Shown: positions 1-9,189 of the stretch, one piece after another
How positions within the stretch are numbered: the stretch's first letter is position 1
Layout of the letters: each line of letters opens with the position of its first letter
Source of the DNA: Calothrix sp. PCC 7103
GTDB taxonomy: Bacteria; Cyanobacteriota; Cyanobacteriia; Cyanobacteriales; Nostocaceae
Reading direction: 5' to 3'
Assembly (NCBI GenBank): GCA_000331305.1
Contig: KB217483.1
Location: 1,071,937 to 1,103,936, forward strand
Length of the DNA: 32,000 nt
The notes under the pieces: model-generated
The model's database searches: none
Told to the model about the DNA's origin: nothing
Seen by the model: only the letters and a program-made list of their open reading frames with translations
Translations under genes and position numbers: made by a program

Positions 1-456
1 TCTACTTTTTCGTCGTTGGCAGCAGAGTGTTCCTGTAGGGTAACTTCTCTTGAAGAGGACTCTTTGTTATCATCTGCTTTTTCTGAGCAGTTCGATGTGT
101 CCAACGTGGGCGCCTCGATGTGTTCATTTTGAAAAAGGGCGTTGAGGGCTTCGTGATTGAGAGTGTACCAATTAGCTTGGTAGTAAGTTTTGGCAGATAA
201 TCTATCGACTATTATGAGGTTAAGTTCTTTAAGGTTGGCTATAACCCGTCTAACTGTACTAACAGAGAGTTGTAATTCCTGCGCCCATTGTTCGTAAGTT
301 TTCCAGAACCATTTAATACCATCAACTACCTTCCCGCCTTTAACACCCATCCAATAATGTATCTGTTGTAAACAAATCGCTTCGTTGCGTCCAATTATTG
401 CGGCTAGTTCAGGTGAATAAAATAAATGTCTGTTAGGTAGTAAAAGCTTACTCATG
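1..456 (-). CDS. Helix-turn-helix / replication-initiator-like protein, 3' part outside window; apparent 5' frameshift
   Basis: Hand translation: MSKLLLPNRHLF then, after a 1-nt shift in the A5 run (~418-423), YSPELAAIIGRNEAICLQQIHYWMGVKGGKVVDGIKWFWKTYEQWAQELQLSVSTVRRVIANLKELNLI..., open to the left edge. wHTH-like pattern. Not in the ORF track because it runs off the window. Confidence 0.6.
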
Positions 457-538
457 TTTGTAACTCCTTTAAAAAATTAATTAGTCAACCTCGTTACTGT
501 CTGAATGCTTGTAGCAACGAGGTATTAGGCGCCAGTAT

Positions 539-1354
539 TTATTCTTGTGAATTTCTAAATTCCTCTAAAGCCTTTTGTTTAGCGGCTTCTAACCGCTCTT
601 TTTCTTCCTGGGATATTTCTCCGATGGCGGCTTGGATTTCTTGGTTAGCGCGCGCTTTGATTTCTGCTGAGGTAATAATTTTTTCAACCACAGGCTCGAC
701 TGGGTTTACCCCTTGGTCTGATGGTCGGAAGTTACGGCGCCGATACAGGTAACGGAAGTGTCGTTTATCCTGTGGCGGCTGATTGTTCCAAGTTTCCAAA
801 TCCCAACCAGGGGGAATTGTGTTTTTAGGCGCCTGTGGTAGTAAGTTTTGTACTTGAGCTTGAAGTTGAGTGACCGTCTCAATCAGTCCAGGTATTAACG
901 CAATCAAATCTGCTTGCTGTTGAGTTAAAGCACTTGTCGTAGAAGGTGTGTAACCAGTTTGTGACCAAATAAAAACTCTTAACCCTGCCTTCGCTACCAT
1001 CCGATAATTATCTTGTGCTATTTGTTTTCCTTTATACTTACGTGCATCCAGTGCATAGTATTCTAGAATTGCGTGACAAAGTTCGTCTTTTACGTACAAG
1101 CTTTTTTCGTCTTGATTCCCTATTATCCTTTGTTCTATACCAGCAAAGGGTTTCAGGCTAGCAGGAAGATTATTCCCTAGAGTACTGGAATCACGTAACT
1201 TGTTTAATAATTCTGTTATTACAGGTTGGTCAACACCGCAAAATTGAGATAACGCTGTTACATTCATTCCACTTACACCATCCTGGCGCCGAGTATAGAA
1301 ACTTGAATCCTCACGCGCGCTTGAAAGTTCTAGTTCATGTCCATCAGTATTCAT
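539..1354 (-). CDS. Conserved cyanobacterial hypothetical protein (271 aa)
   Basis: Long ORF with ATG start and coiled-coil-like C-terminus; no family assigned. Confidence 0.7.
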   Translation of the reverse strand: MNTDGHELELSSAREDSSFYTRRQDGVSGMNVTALSQFCGVDQPVITELLNKLRDSSTLGNNLPASLKPFAGIEQRIIGNQDEKSLYVKDELCHAILEYYALDARKYKGKQIAQDNYRMVAKAGLRVFIWSQTGYTPSTTSALTQQQADLIALIPGLIETVTQLQAQVQNLLPQAPKNTIPPGWDLETWNNQPPQDKRHFRYLYRRRNFRPSDQGVNPVEPVVEKIITSAEIKARANQEIQAAIGEISQEEKERLEAAKQKALEEFRNSQE

Positions 1355-1435
1355 ATTGCTTAAAAAGATTTACGAGAGTTGGTTATATTCGTTTGAACCC
1401 AACCAACAGGTGCCTGCTGATTGGGTATTGAGTTG

Positions 1436-1711
1436 CTATATCAGCAGTCCGCTTTTGGAAATAATTTCTTGCTGCGCTTCTTCGCATGTATCGAATCGCT
1501 GCTCACTATTAGACAGTGAAGGTTGAGCTACCCATTTGCCCTGTAGGTCTTGATAAAAAGTACCTAACAAGTTCCAACCCCTCCACAAGCGGTAGAGGGC
1601 GCCGAAATCTTTATCCAGCACTCCATCTATCTCGTAATCATCCAAAACCCGAATTTGTGGCAGGACGACTTGATGCTCAAGCGTAATTTGAGTCATAATG
1701 AAAGTCTCCAA
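1436..1711 (-). CDS. Small hypothetical protein (91 aa; may start at the internal MTQITLEHQ)
   Basis: ORF track; same orientation as the neighbouring gene. Confidence 0.45.
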   Translation of the reverse strand: METFIMTQITLEHQVVLPQIRVLDDYEIDGVLDKDFGALYRLWRGWNLLGTFYQDLQGKWVAQPSLSNSEQRFDTCEEAQQEIISKSGLLI

Positions 1712-1876
1712 AATTTATTGGTTTTTAGAGAGGGCGCCTCGGTCTGGACAACTTGGAGGCGCCTTCTCTTGTTATATGGTAACTCCACTTTAGGATGAAA
1801 TCAACTATACCGTAGGTTGACAGTAAAGTTACCCTAAGATTATGCTAGTAGAGATAGACTTCTAAGGTGGAGTTAC

Positions 1877-2047
1877 ATGTATATGACTTTGGTTACAAGT
1901 AAAAAGAAGGTTTCAACTTATTTGTCTGAAGATTTGAAAGAGGATGCGGAACGTCTCGCAGCTCTTGAAAAACGTAGTTTGAGTAATTTAATTGAGGTGT
2001 TATTACAAGATGCTGTAGACAAAGCTAAAAAACAGGGTCGTTTTTGA
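1877..2047 (+). CDS. Small ribbon-helix-helix (CopG/Arc-like) protein, 56 aa
   Basis: Hand translation MYMTLVTSKKKVSTYLSEDLKEDAERLAALEKRSLSNLIEVLLQDAVDKAKKQGRF*; below the ORF-track size cut-off. RHH pattern with upstream AAGGTGG purine-rich region. Confidence 0.7.
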   Translation: MYMTLVTSKKKVSTYLSEDLKEDAERLAALEKRSLSNLIEVLLQDAVDKAKKQGRF

Positions 2048-2117
2048 TGGTTTTAAGTGCTGACCTAACGGTTGGTGTCCTTGTATCATCAAATCCCCTA
2101 ATAAATTAGGATTCAGC

Positions 2118-2148
2118 ATGGTACTTTTACCCTTATGCAGGTACCATG
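2118..2148. promoter_or_regulatory. Small inverted repeat CATGGTAC-N15-GTACCATG, possible operator upstream of the HTH gene
   Basis: 8-bp perfect arms at 2118-2125 and 2141-2148. Confidence 0.3.
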
Positions 2149-2348
2149 AATTTTTACACTAGCCAAAATTCTCAAAATATAAGTTGCACCTTGTACTGAG
2201 TTCGTCTTAAGTAGCATTTAAGAAAGTATGTGAAGGCAACTAAAATATCTCGTGTTGGTAAATTGTCATGCTTACAGATAAAAAGCATAAGTTTAAATGT
2301 ACTTCAAAAATGAAAAAGCTTTAGGTATAAATTTGGGGGTGCAGTTCA

Positions 2349-2795
2349 ATGATTAACCCTTGTATTTATCTGGTCTTGGATAAGTCGGGTCAGGTTTTGT
2401 ATATTGGGCGAGCAATTAATGGTTCGCAACAACGGGAATCTAATCAAAAGTACAACGCACTTAAGAACTTAGAAGGGGTTAAAATTTCTTACCTAGAAGT
2501 AGACGAACCACTTTTATATTCTGTAGAGAAAGCCTTGATAGCTTGGTTTAAGCCACCACTGAATGAAACTGACAAGCATACTCCCAGAGGTATTGAAGCT
2601 TTACGTAGGCAAAAAGGCCTTACTCAATCTCAAGTGGCTAAGGCATTAGATATTGATGTATCGACTGTTCGTAATTGGGAAAAAGGTCGAGATGGAACCA
2701 AAATGTTTGTCCGTGTTGCAAAGCTTTGCGACTTATTTAATTGCAAGCCATCAGATTTGTATGAGCCGATGGAAGCATCTGAAGATTTTGAATAG
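2349..2795 (+). CDS. GIY-YIG-like N-terminal domain fused to XRE-type HTH
   Basis: N-term CIYLVLDKSGQVLYIGRA...VEKALIAWFKPPLN resembles GIY-YIG nuclease fold elements; C-term LTQSQVAKALDIDVSTVRNWEKGRDGTKMFVRVAKLCDLFN is a classic XRE HTH. Confidence 0.65.
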   Translation: MINPCIYLVLDKSGQVLYIGRAINGSQQRESNQKYNALKNLEGVKISYLEVDEPLLYSVEKALIAWFKPPLNETDKHTPRGIEALRRQKGLTQSQVAKALDIDVSTVRNWEKGRDGTKMFVRVAKLCDLFNCKPSDLYEPMEASEDFE

Positions 2796-3177
2796 TTAAA
2801 AAAGGCGGATATTGATAATTTAGTAAAGCTTGCAAGGATTTGCTCAATCTTATCTGGAGAGAATTTAAGCGTAAATTATATTTTAAAAATTTAATAATAT
2901 TAGTAGTTAAGATGCAGTAAATAAAGCTAAAAAAGATGGACAATTGTAATTTTTTAAATCTTGTTATAAAGCATCATAATTTTAGCTAAGTACTTAAATA
3001 CTCAAGTATCTAGGTATCTGCATAGTATAGACATAGTAAAGCTTTAAGTGCCTTTCGGTGTCAGGACGTACAAGACTTCAATTAATAGGCGCTTGAATTT
3101 TGAGCGCCAATACAATTCAAAAGTTAGATGAACTGTATGTATGTGTTTGTATCAGAAATGGAAAGGCGCCGTACTGT

Positions 3178-3363
3178 TTAAGATTCTGAAGTTGGACGCA
3201 TATTTTTATTAATTTCAGCATCGACTCTACATTTACGAAGCGCTAACTTAGCTGGCAATCCGCGAAGATACCAACGGTAAATAGTAGCTATAAATTTCTC
3301 ATCTTCTCTCTCTGCTGGTAATAGTGTTTCCACAATTGCGTTCTTAACTGTTGTGGCTTGCAA
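3178..3363 (-). other. Short ORF (61 aa), possibly a gene remnant abutting the inverted-repeat insert
   Basis: TTG start lies inside the outer repeat; no recognisable family. Confidence 0.25.
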
Positions 3364-3412
3364 TCATAAACCCTTGGGCTTACAAACAAGACAATTCTCG
3401 GCTCACAATAAA
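3351..3412. repeat. Outer imperfect inverted repeat, left copy
   Basis: TTGTGGCTTGCAATCA...GGCTTACAAACAAG...CGGCTCACAATAA matches the reverse complement of 6139-6200. Confidence 0.8.
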
Positions 3413-3551
3413 TGCAACTAGATTTTAAGATATCGGGCGAAGTGCGGGCGGAGCGCAAAGTATCCCAAACTCTTTACAAGTAAGCATTTTAGCTTATTTG
3501 CATTTTTTGTGAATCGAATTTATTTTTGTAAATTTAGTTGCATTTATTGTG
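3404..3551. mobile_element. 148-bp MITE-like insertion with 17-bp perfect terminal inverted repeats
   Basis: CACAATAAATGCAACTA (3404-3420) and TAGTTGCATTTATTGTG (3535-3551). Absent at the mirror position near 6138, where CACAATAA is followed directly by GGTTCTTG in reverse complement. Confidence 0.7.
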
Positions 3552-3645
3552 GGTTCTTGTCAAGTTTTGGTGAAAGCTTTGGAAACGTTCTTGGCAGAGG
3601 GCAGTAGGCAGAGGGCAGAAGGAAGGAGTAAGGGTGAAGACATTT
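3552..3645. repeat. Left arm of a perfect 94-bp inverted repeat containing GGCAGAGGGCAG repeats
   Basis: Exact reverse complement of 6045-6138. Confidence 0.95.
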
Positions 3646-3717
3646 GACTGTATAATTTTTTAGTTTTAAAATAAAAATAATAAATATTTATACTAGTATA
3701 TTAGATTTCATTATAAT

Positions 3718-5382
3718 ATGGAAGTACTAAAAAGCTTATTACCAGATAAAAATCTTCTCCTGCTTGAAAGTTGTAATATTGACGAGGAGCGAAGGGAGGT
3801 AATCGTGCTTGTTTCTTCAGTACAAACAGCAGTTAAATGTCCAGTCTGCAATGAGGCAACACATAAAATTCATAGCCACTATGAGCGTAAAATAGCTGAT
3901 TTATCATGGGCGAACTATGGTACTTTACTTCAACTGCGTGTGAGGAAATTTTTTGCATCAATACGGAATGTAAAAGACGAATATTTACTGAAAGATTAAC
4001 AGATATTGTGGCTCCGTGGGCACGTCGAACTATGAGATTAGCGTCTCGATTAACTGCGATAGGTTTAGCATCAGGTGGTGCAGCAGGATTCAGATTATCA
4101 CAAAAATTAGGCTTAAACACAAGTCGTAATACGCTATTAAATTTAGTTCGTAGAATACCTTTACCATCACCTGATTCTCTAAAAATTATAGGGGTAGATG
4201 ATTTTTGTTTTCGTAAATGCAAAACTTACGGTACTATCGTTGTTAATTTAGAAAATAATCAACCTGTTACATTATTAAAAGACCGTTCATCTGAAACCTT
4301 AAGCTCATGGTTAAAAGAAAATCCTGGTATTCAGATTGTTTCACGAGACAGAGCGAAAGCTTATGAAAAGGAATTAAAGAAGGCGCACCCGATGCAATTC
4401 AAGTTGCAGACCGCTTTCACTTACTACAAAATTTAGCTCAAACGCTTTATGAAGTGTTTGGGATATATAGTAAAGACTTGAAAGAAGTCGAACAATTACA
4501 AAATCAAGCTTCTGTAATTAGGGATGAAGAAAACATCGTTGTTGTCACTTCTCCAACCGAAGCACCACCACCAGTTAAACAAAACAAAAAGCAGAACAAC
4601 GTCGTGCCAAAAGAAAGAAATCATCAAAAACTTGGGAGCTACATAGTCAAGGAATGAATGCGGGAGTTATTGCTCAAAGGCTTGGTATTAGTCGCACAAC
4701 AGTTTTCCGTAATCTCCGTAATCCGACTTTTGTAGAGCGCCGGGGGCGTAGTGATAAAGGTCGAGGTTTAGTAAAGCCTTATCAAGATTACATCATAAAA
4801 CGATGGAATGAAGGCTGTCGTGAAACTAAAATAATATTTGAAGAAATTAAACAACAAGGATATGTTGGTAGCTATGCTACTTTAACTCGTTACACCGCAC
4901 GTTTACGCGAATGCCAAGGTTTAAAAACGGCAGAGATTGTCAACTGTACGCCTACCAAAAATTGTTAAACCATCAAGAAAACCTCTCACTCCTTATAGCG
5001 TAACATGGCTAATTTTAGGTAGCTCTGATTCTGGTGTTTCAGAGTCTGAGCGAGAAGAATTAGTCGTGTCTTTAAAAGCACAAAGCCCAAGCTTAAGAGA
5101 AGGAATTGAGTTAGCAGAAAATTTTATATCTCTTATCCGTCAACGACAACAAGAAGAATTAGATACTTGGCTGACTGTTGCTTACAACAGCATTTTATCA
5201 CCTTTCCATCGCTTTGCCAAAGCTTGCTTGAAGATTACAACGCGGTCAAAGCTGCTTTGACAACGCCTTGGAGTAATGGACCTGTCGAAGGACAAATTAA
5301 TCGACTTAAAATGCTGAAAAGACAAATGTATGGTCGTGCAAAACTAGACTTGCTAACTAGACGATTTTTGTTACAAATCTAA
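3718..5382 (+). pseudogene. ISL3-family transposase, multiply frameshifted
   Basis: Fragments in order: zinc-finger N-term (3718-3999, CPVCNEATHKIHSHYERKIADLSW), DDE core (3906-4436, RDRAKAYEKELKKAHP), HTH segment (4654-4968), C-term (5167-5382, NGPVEGQINRLKMLKRQMYGRAKLDLLTRRFL). Confidence 0.85.
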
Positions 5383-5548
5383 ATTTAAGTTGACTCGATT
5401 TGCTAGGTACAAATATATTTTTGTAAATATTAATAACCAAATAATAACAATCATTAATTAATCTAACTTAGTGAAGACAAACCTAAGTATAAAAACATAT
5501 AATTAGTTCTACTTCAAATCTTCAAATCTTCTGCTTTCCAACTTAACT

Positions 5549-5914
5549 ATGAGTTACCGAAACCAATTTGTATGGAAAAGGGCAGTACAACTAGCTATCC
5601 ATTGCTATAAGTTTACTCAAGCATTTCCAAAACATGAATTATATGGTTTGACAAGTCAAATACGGCGTTCAGCAGTATCAGTAGCGTCTAATATTGCTGA
5701 AGGTTATGGTCGGCAATCAAGGCAAGAATATATAAAATTCTTATATATTGCTTTAGGCTCACTACGAGAATTAGATACCCAATTTATAATTGCTCAAGAG
5801 GTAGATATACTTGACAACAAAAATCGTTTTACGACCATCATGAACGAGGTGGAAGAAATGCAAAGTATATTGGTTGCAACCTTAAACAAACTAACTGCTG
5901 GAGTAAAGAAATAG
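5549..5914 (+). CDS. Four-helix-bundle protein, 23S rRNA intervening-sequence (S23/Avd-like) family
   Basis: WKRAVQLAIHCYKFTQAFPKHELYGLTSQIRRSAVSVASNIAEGYGRQSRQEYIKFLYIALGSLRELDTQFIIAQE is typical of the family. Confidence 0.9.
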   Translation: MSYRNQFVWKRAVQLAIHCYKFTQAFPKHELYGLTSQIRRSAVSVASNIAEGYGRQSRQEYIKFLYIALGSLRELDTQFIIAQEVDILDNKNRFTTIMNEVEEMQSILVATLNKLTAGVKK

Positions 5915-6044
5915 TCTCAAAAAACTGAATTTTTAGCGTGATGTAATCCAACCTCTAAAAGCTTGTTGGAGCTTTAGTTTTATCTTATTGACTATAAAAT
6001 TTAGTCACCGAGACAAAAATAAAGCTCCAAATTTTAATGTTATT

Positions 6045-6138
6045 AAATGTCTTCACCCTTACTCCTTCCTTCTGCCCTCTGCCTACTGCCCTCTGCCAAG
6101 AACGTTTCCAAAGCTTTCACCAAAACTTGACAAGAACC
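6045..6138. repeat. Right arm of the perfect 94-bp inverted repeat
   Basis: Exact reverse complement of 3552-3645. Confidence 0.95.
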
Positions 6139-6200
6139 TTATTGTGAGCCGAAAAGCGCCTTGTTTGTAAGCCGGGTGCTTCTTGATTGCAAGCCACAAC
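6139..6200. repeat. Outer imperfect inverted repeat, right copy
   Basis: Reverse complement resembles 3351-3412. Confidence 0.8.
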
Positions 6201-9086
6201 ACCTACGGTTACTATGAAGCTATTATAACTAGCTCAAATGAATTACAAAATTTTCTGAACCAAATAGATGATCTTACTTTTGCTCAAGTCGATGAATATA
6301 GCTTAATAACTATCGGTGGACGGAAGATTTTTAAAGATAAAAATAGTCCTAAATCTAAAGTTATTAACCTTGAAGATATTGCAGCGTTGCTTCAGTCAGA
6401 CATTAATAATGAGAATGGTAGTTTATTTTCTCTAGACGAAGAGTATAATTATCCTAGTTTAGCAAAAGCGTTAGACAGTGCAAAACCAATACTCAAAAAA
6501 CTTAAACTAGATGGTCAACCTGTAATAAGTGATAAGGACATTGAACTTGCAAAACAGGAATTATCACGTAAAAACAATAAAGAGTACTTCAATTTAATTG
6601 CTAAGTTGAAAAAGTTTTGGGAGTCAAAAGAACTGGTAAAAAAAGCATTTAATCAAGGAGAGCTTGCAGCAGAACTTCAAAAAGAGCTAAAAGATTTTAA
6701 AGAAAAAGAATATCCAAAAAGTCAAGAAAATATTAAAAAACATAAAGACAAAATTGAAAAAGAGAAAGAGTTAGTAGCATCTAATTCTACTTTATCTCCA
6801 GAAACAATTAGTTCACAATTTATTGACTTAGACAAAAGACAGCAAGAGTATGAAAAAGATTGGGGAAAGTATCTAAAAGCAAAAGAAGAAGAAATTATAT
6901 CTAATAAAAAAAAGCCTATTTATGATTTATTAGAAGCCGAACGAACAAAAGGCTTTATGTTTGCCAGATATGAGGGTAATTTGCGAGGTAAAAAAGTTGG
7001 TTTACAAGGAACAGAAGTTGGAATGACTTTGTTCTATACAGACTTATTGATGAAAATCTGGAATTTCAACTTTCAGCGTGCAACTTTAGATACTGGTATT
7101 GAAGGTTTTAAGCCAACAACTAGAATTCCTGTTTCATCAATTTATAAATCAGAAATGGAGAAATATTGGGATGGTCGCCTATGGTTAGAAGTGGACAGCG
7201 ATTCATATGAAATAGCAAATGAAGGTAGAAATATTATTTTTGCGCCTAATGTAACGCGAATACAGGGTGCAGTATCTGAAGGTCCTCAATCAGATGAAGA
7301 AAGTAATCCACGTCCAAATACCGCTGTTTTTTTGAATTGGTGGAACAATTATTACGGGGAAGTTGCCCGTCACGAACCACAATACGAACGTCTGAATCAA
7401 ATTATGAAATGGAGCTTGTTAATTAACAAGCTGAATCAATTACAACAAACTAATCCTTTAAGTTTTTTAGAAAAAGTAGAAGTAACGAGAACTAATTGGT
7501 TTCCTAATTGGATTCAAAAGCAAGGGAAAAAGTTGGCATTTACAAAGTGGGATAAAATTAAATTTTTTCCTGAAGGATATAACTATCAAGGTCTAAAAAC
7601 AGAAAAATTGGAATTTTTAGATTCAGAAAATTACGGTGAATCTTATTCATCTTTTTATGGAGGAGTATCTTTGGCTAGTAAGAAAAACTTCGATGGTCGT
7701 ATTCCTTTACCTAATAATAATAGCTCGGTAAGTAAACTTAGCCGTCGCTCTAACATCGACTATAGCTCTGTAAAAATTAAAGCCGGAAAAATTGACGAAT
7801 TTACAAATTTAGCTGGAACAGAACATAAATTTATTTATCGGAATAAAAATGTCAGTGAAATTGTAATAACACCAAAAATAGGAACTAAATTTCGTACCCA
7901 CAATTCTGAATTAAAGTCAGAAAATCTAAAATTAATACCCAAGTTTGAGTCAACACCAAACAATGGGCTAAAATTAACAACAAGATTAGAAGATGCCAAA
8001 GGGGTTAGTACTGAGTTTGGCGAAGTCAATATTACCAAAACTAAAAATGGCTTTGGGGTAGGCTTTCAAAGCCGAGATATTGACGCAGCTTATTCGTCAT
8101 TTTCTGATCTGAGTAAGCACAAAGGCGATATCCCTACTTTTCTTGCTTCAAAAGATGATGTTGTCTCTTTCAGATACTCACAATCTCATAAAGATTTCTA
8201 CGTCAAACAATCTAATTCTAATAAATGGTTAAAATTTAGCGAAGGAAGTGGAGGTGGAAACGATTTACCACCCTCACAGCCAACGATGACTGTTGCAGAA
8301 CCAGCTAAAGATGGGCGTATCTTAAACGGGGAATTTGTAGATGAAGCTCAAGTACCAGGATATGCACAAGGGTTTCAAGAGTTTCCAGGTAAAGGAGCAG
8401 GTTCTCCTAAAGAATTTACTCCTCGTCAAAAAGCTCAACAACTTGCTGAAAACCCATTAGCTTTTATTGAGAGTCGTAAAGTAGACTTACAATTGCGAAA
8501 ACAAAATATTGATTCAGCGCTGAAAGATCAAAATTATGCTAAAGCCGAAAAGTTAGTTAACGAATCAATAACGCAACATGGAAAAGACCCAGAATTAATG
8601 CTAAGGAAAGCATCAATAGAGCAACAGTTAGGCAGAGTAAAGATAGAAATTATTACTCAGAAAGGTGCAACACCAATAAAAAAGAATGATTTCTTTGATG
8701 CAATCAAGAGTCGTAATTTCAAACGAATTGAAACTGATACGGAATTTCTGTATGTTCAAGACTCTCCAAGTTTAAATAACTTAGAGCCTACTCAACTAAT
8801 TGAACAAAGTCTTTCTTCAGGTTCAGGAATTAAACGTTACAAATTACAACCCGGAAAAATTGGCGAAGTTCCAATCAGTCATAGTGGGTTTGGTGATGTA
8901 AGTGTTTCTAGCCATCCCTCAACTGAATTTAAAGGTAACAACATTGCTAATTCTCTAAAAAATCGACCTCAAAACTCAGACTCTAATAATGATTGCGAAA
9001 ATCAACAAGTAAAAGTAGAAAATCAAAATCCTAATTGTTCACCAGAAAAGTCAGAAAAACCTGTTTCTGTACTAATTAAATCATAA
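6183..9086 (+). CDS. Large protein of unknown function (967 aa, possibly 5'-truncated) with short TPR-like segment near C-terminus
   Basis: Long ORF; TTG start inside the repeat with no ATG for about 250 codons. Segment LGKVKP-free; TPR-like stretch is DALKDQNYAKAEKLVNESITQHGKDPELMLRKASIEQQLG. Confidence 0.7.
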   Translation: MIASHNTYGYYEAIITSSNELQNFLNQIDDLTFAQVDEYSLITIGGRKIFKDKNSPKSKVINLEDIAALLQSDINNENGSLFSLDEEYNYPSLAKALDSAKPILKKLKLDGQPVISDKDIELAKQELSRKNNKEYFNLIAKLKKFWESKELVKKAFNQGELAAELQKELKDFKEKEYPKSQENIKKHKDKIEKEKELVASNSTLSPETISSQFIDLDKRQQEYEKDWGKYLKAKEEEIISNKKKPIYDLLEAERTKGFMFARYEGNLRGKKVGLQGTEVGMTLFYTDLLMKIWNFNFQRATLDTGIEGFKPTTRIPVSSIYKSEMEKYWDGRLWLEVDSDSYEIANEGRNIIFAPNVTRIQGAVSEGPQSDEESNPRPNTAVFLNWWNNYYGEVARHEPQYERLNQIMKWSLLINKLNQLQQTNPLSFLEKVEVTRTNWFPNWIQKQGKKLAFTKWDKIKFFPEGYNYQGLKTEKLEFLDSENYGESYSSFYGGVSLASKKNFDGRIPLPNNNSSVSKLSRRSNIDYSSVKIKAGKIDEFTNLAGTEHKFIYRNKNVSEIVITPKIGTKFRTHNSELKSENLKLIPKFESTPNNGLKLTTRLEDAKGVSTEFGEVNITKTKNGFGVGFQSRDIDAAYSSFSDLSKHKGDIPTFLASKDDVVSFRYSQSHKDFYVKQSNSNKWLKFSEGSGGGNDLPPSQPTMTVAEPAKDGRILNGEFVDEAQVPGYAQGFQEFPGKGAGSPKEFTPRQKAQQLAENPLAFIESRKVDLQLRKQNIDSALKDQNYAKAEKLVNESITQHGKDPELMLRKASIEQQLGRVKIEIITQKGATPIKKNDFFDAIKSRNFKRIETDTEFLYVQDSPSLNNLEPTQLIEQSLSSGSGIKRYKLQPGKIGEVPISHSGFGDVSVSSHPSTEFKGNNIANSLKNRPQNSDSNNDCENQQVKVENQNPNCSPEKSEKPVSVLIKS

Positions 9087-9189
9087 ATAAAATAAACTGT
9101 TTGAACCCAGCTTTTTATGTAGCTGGGTTTTCATATAATCCAACATTTAAAGCGAAAAAACATATACTAAAATTAAATGAGGTAATATT

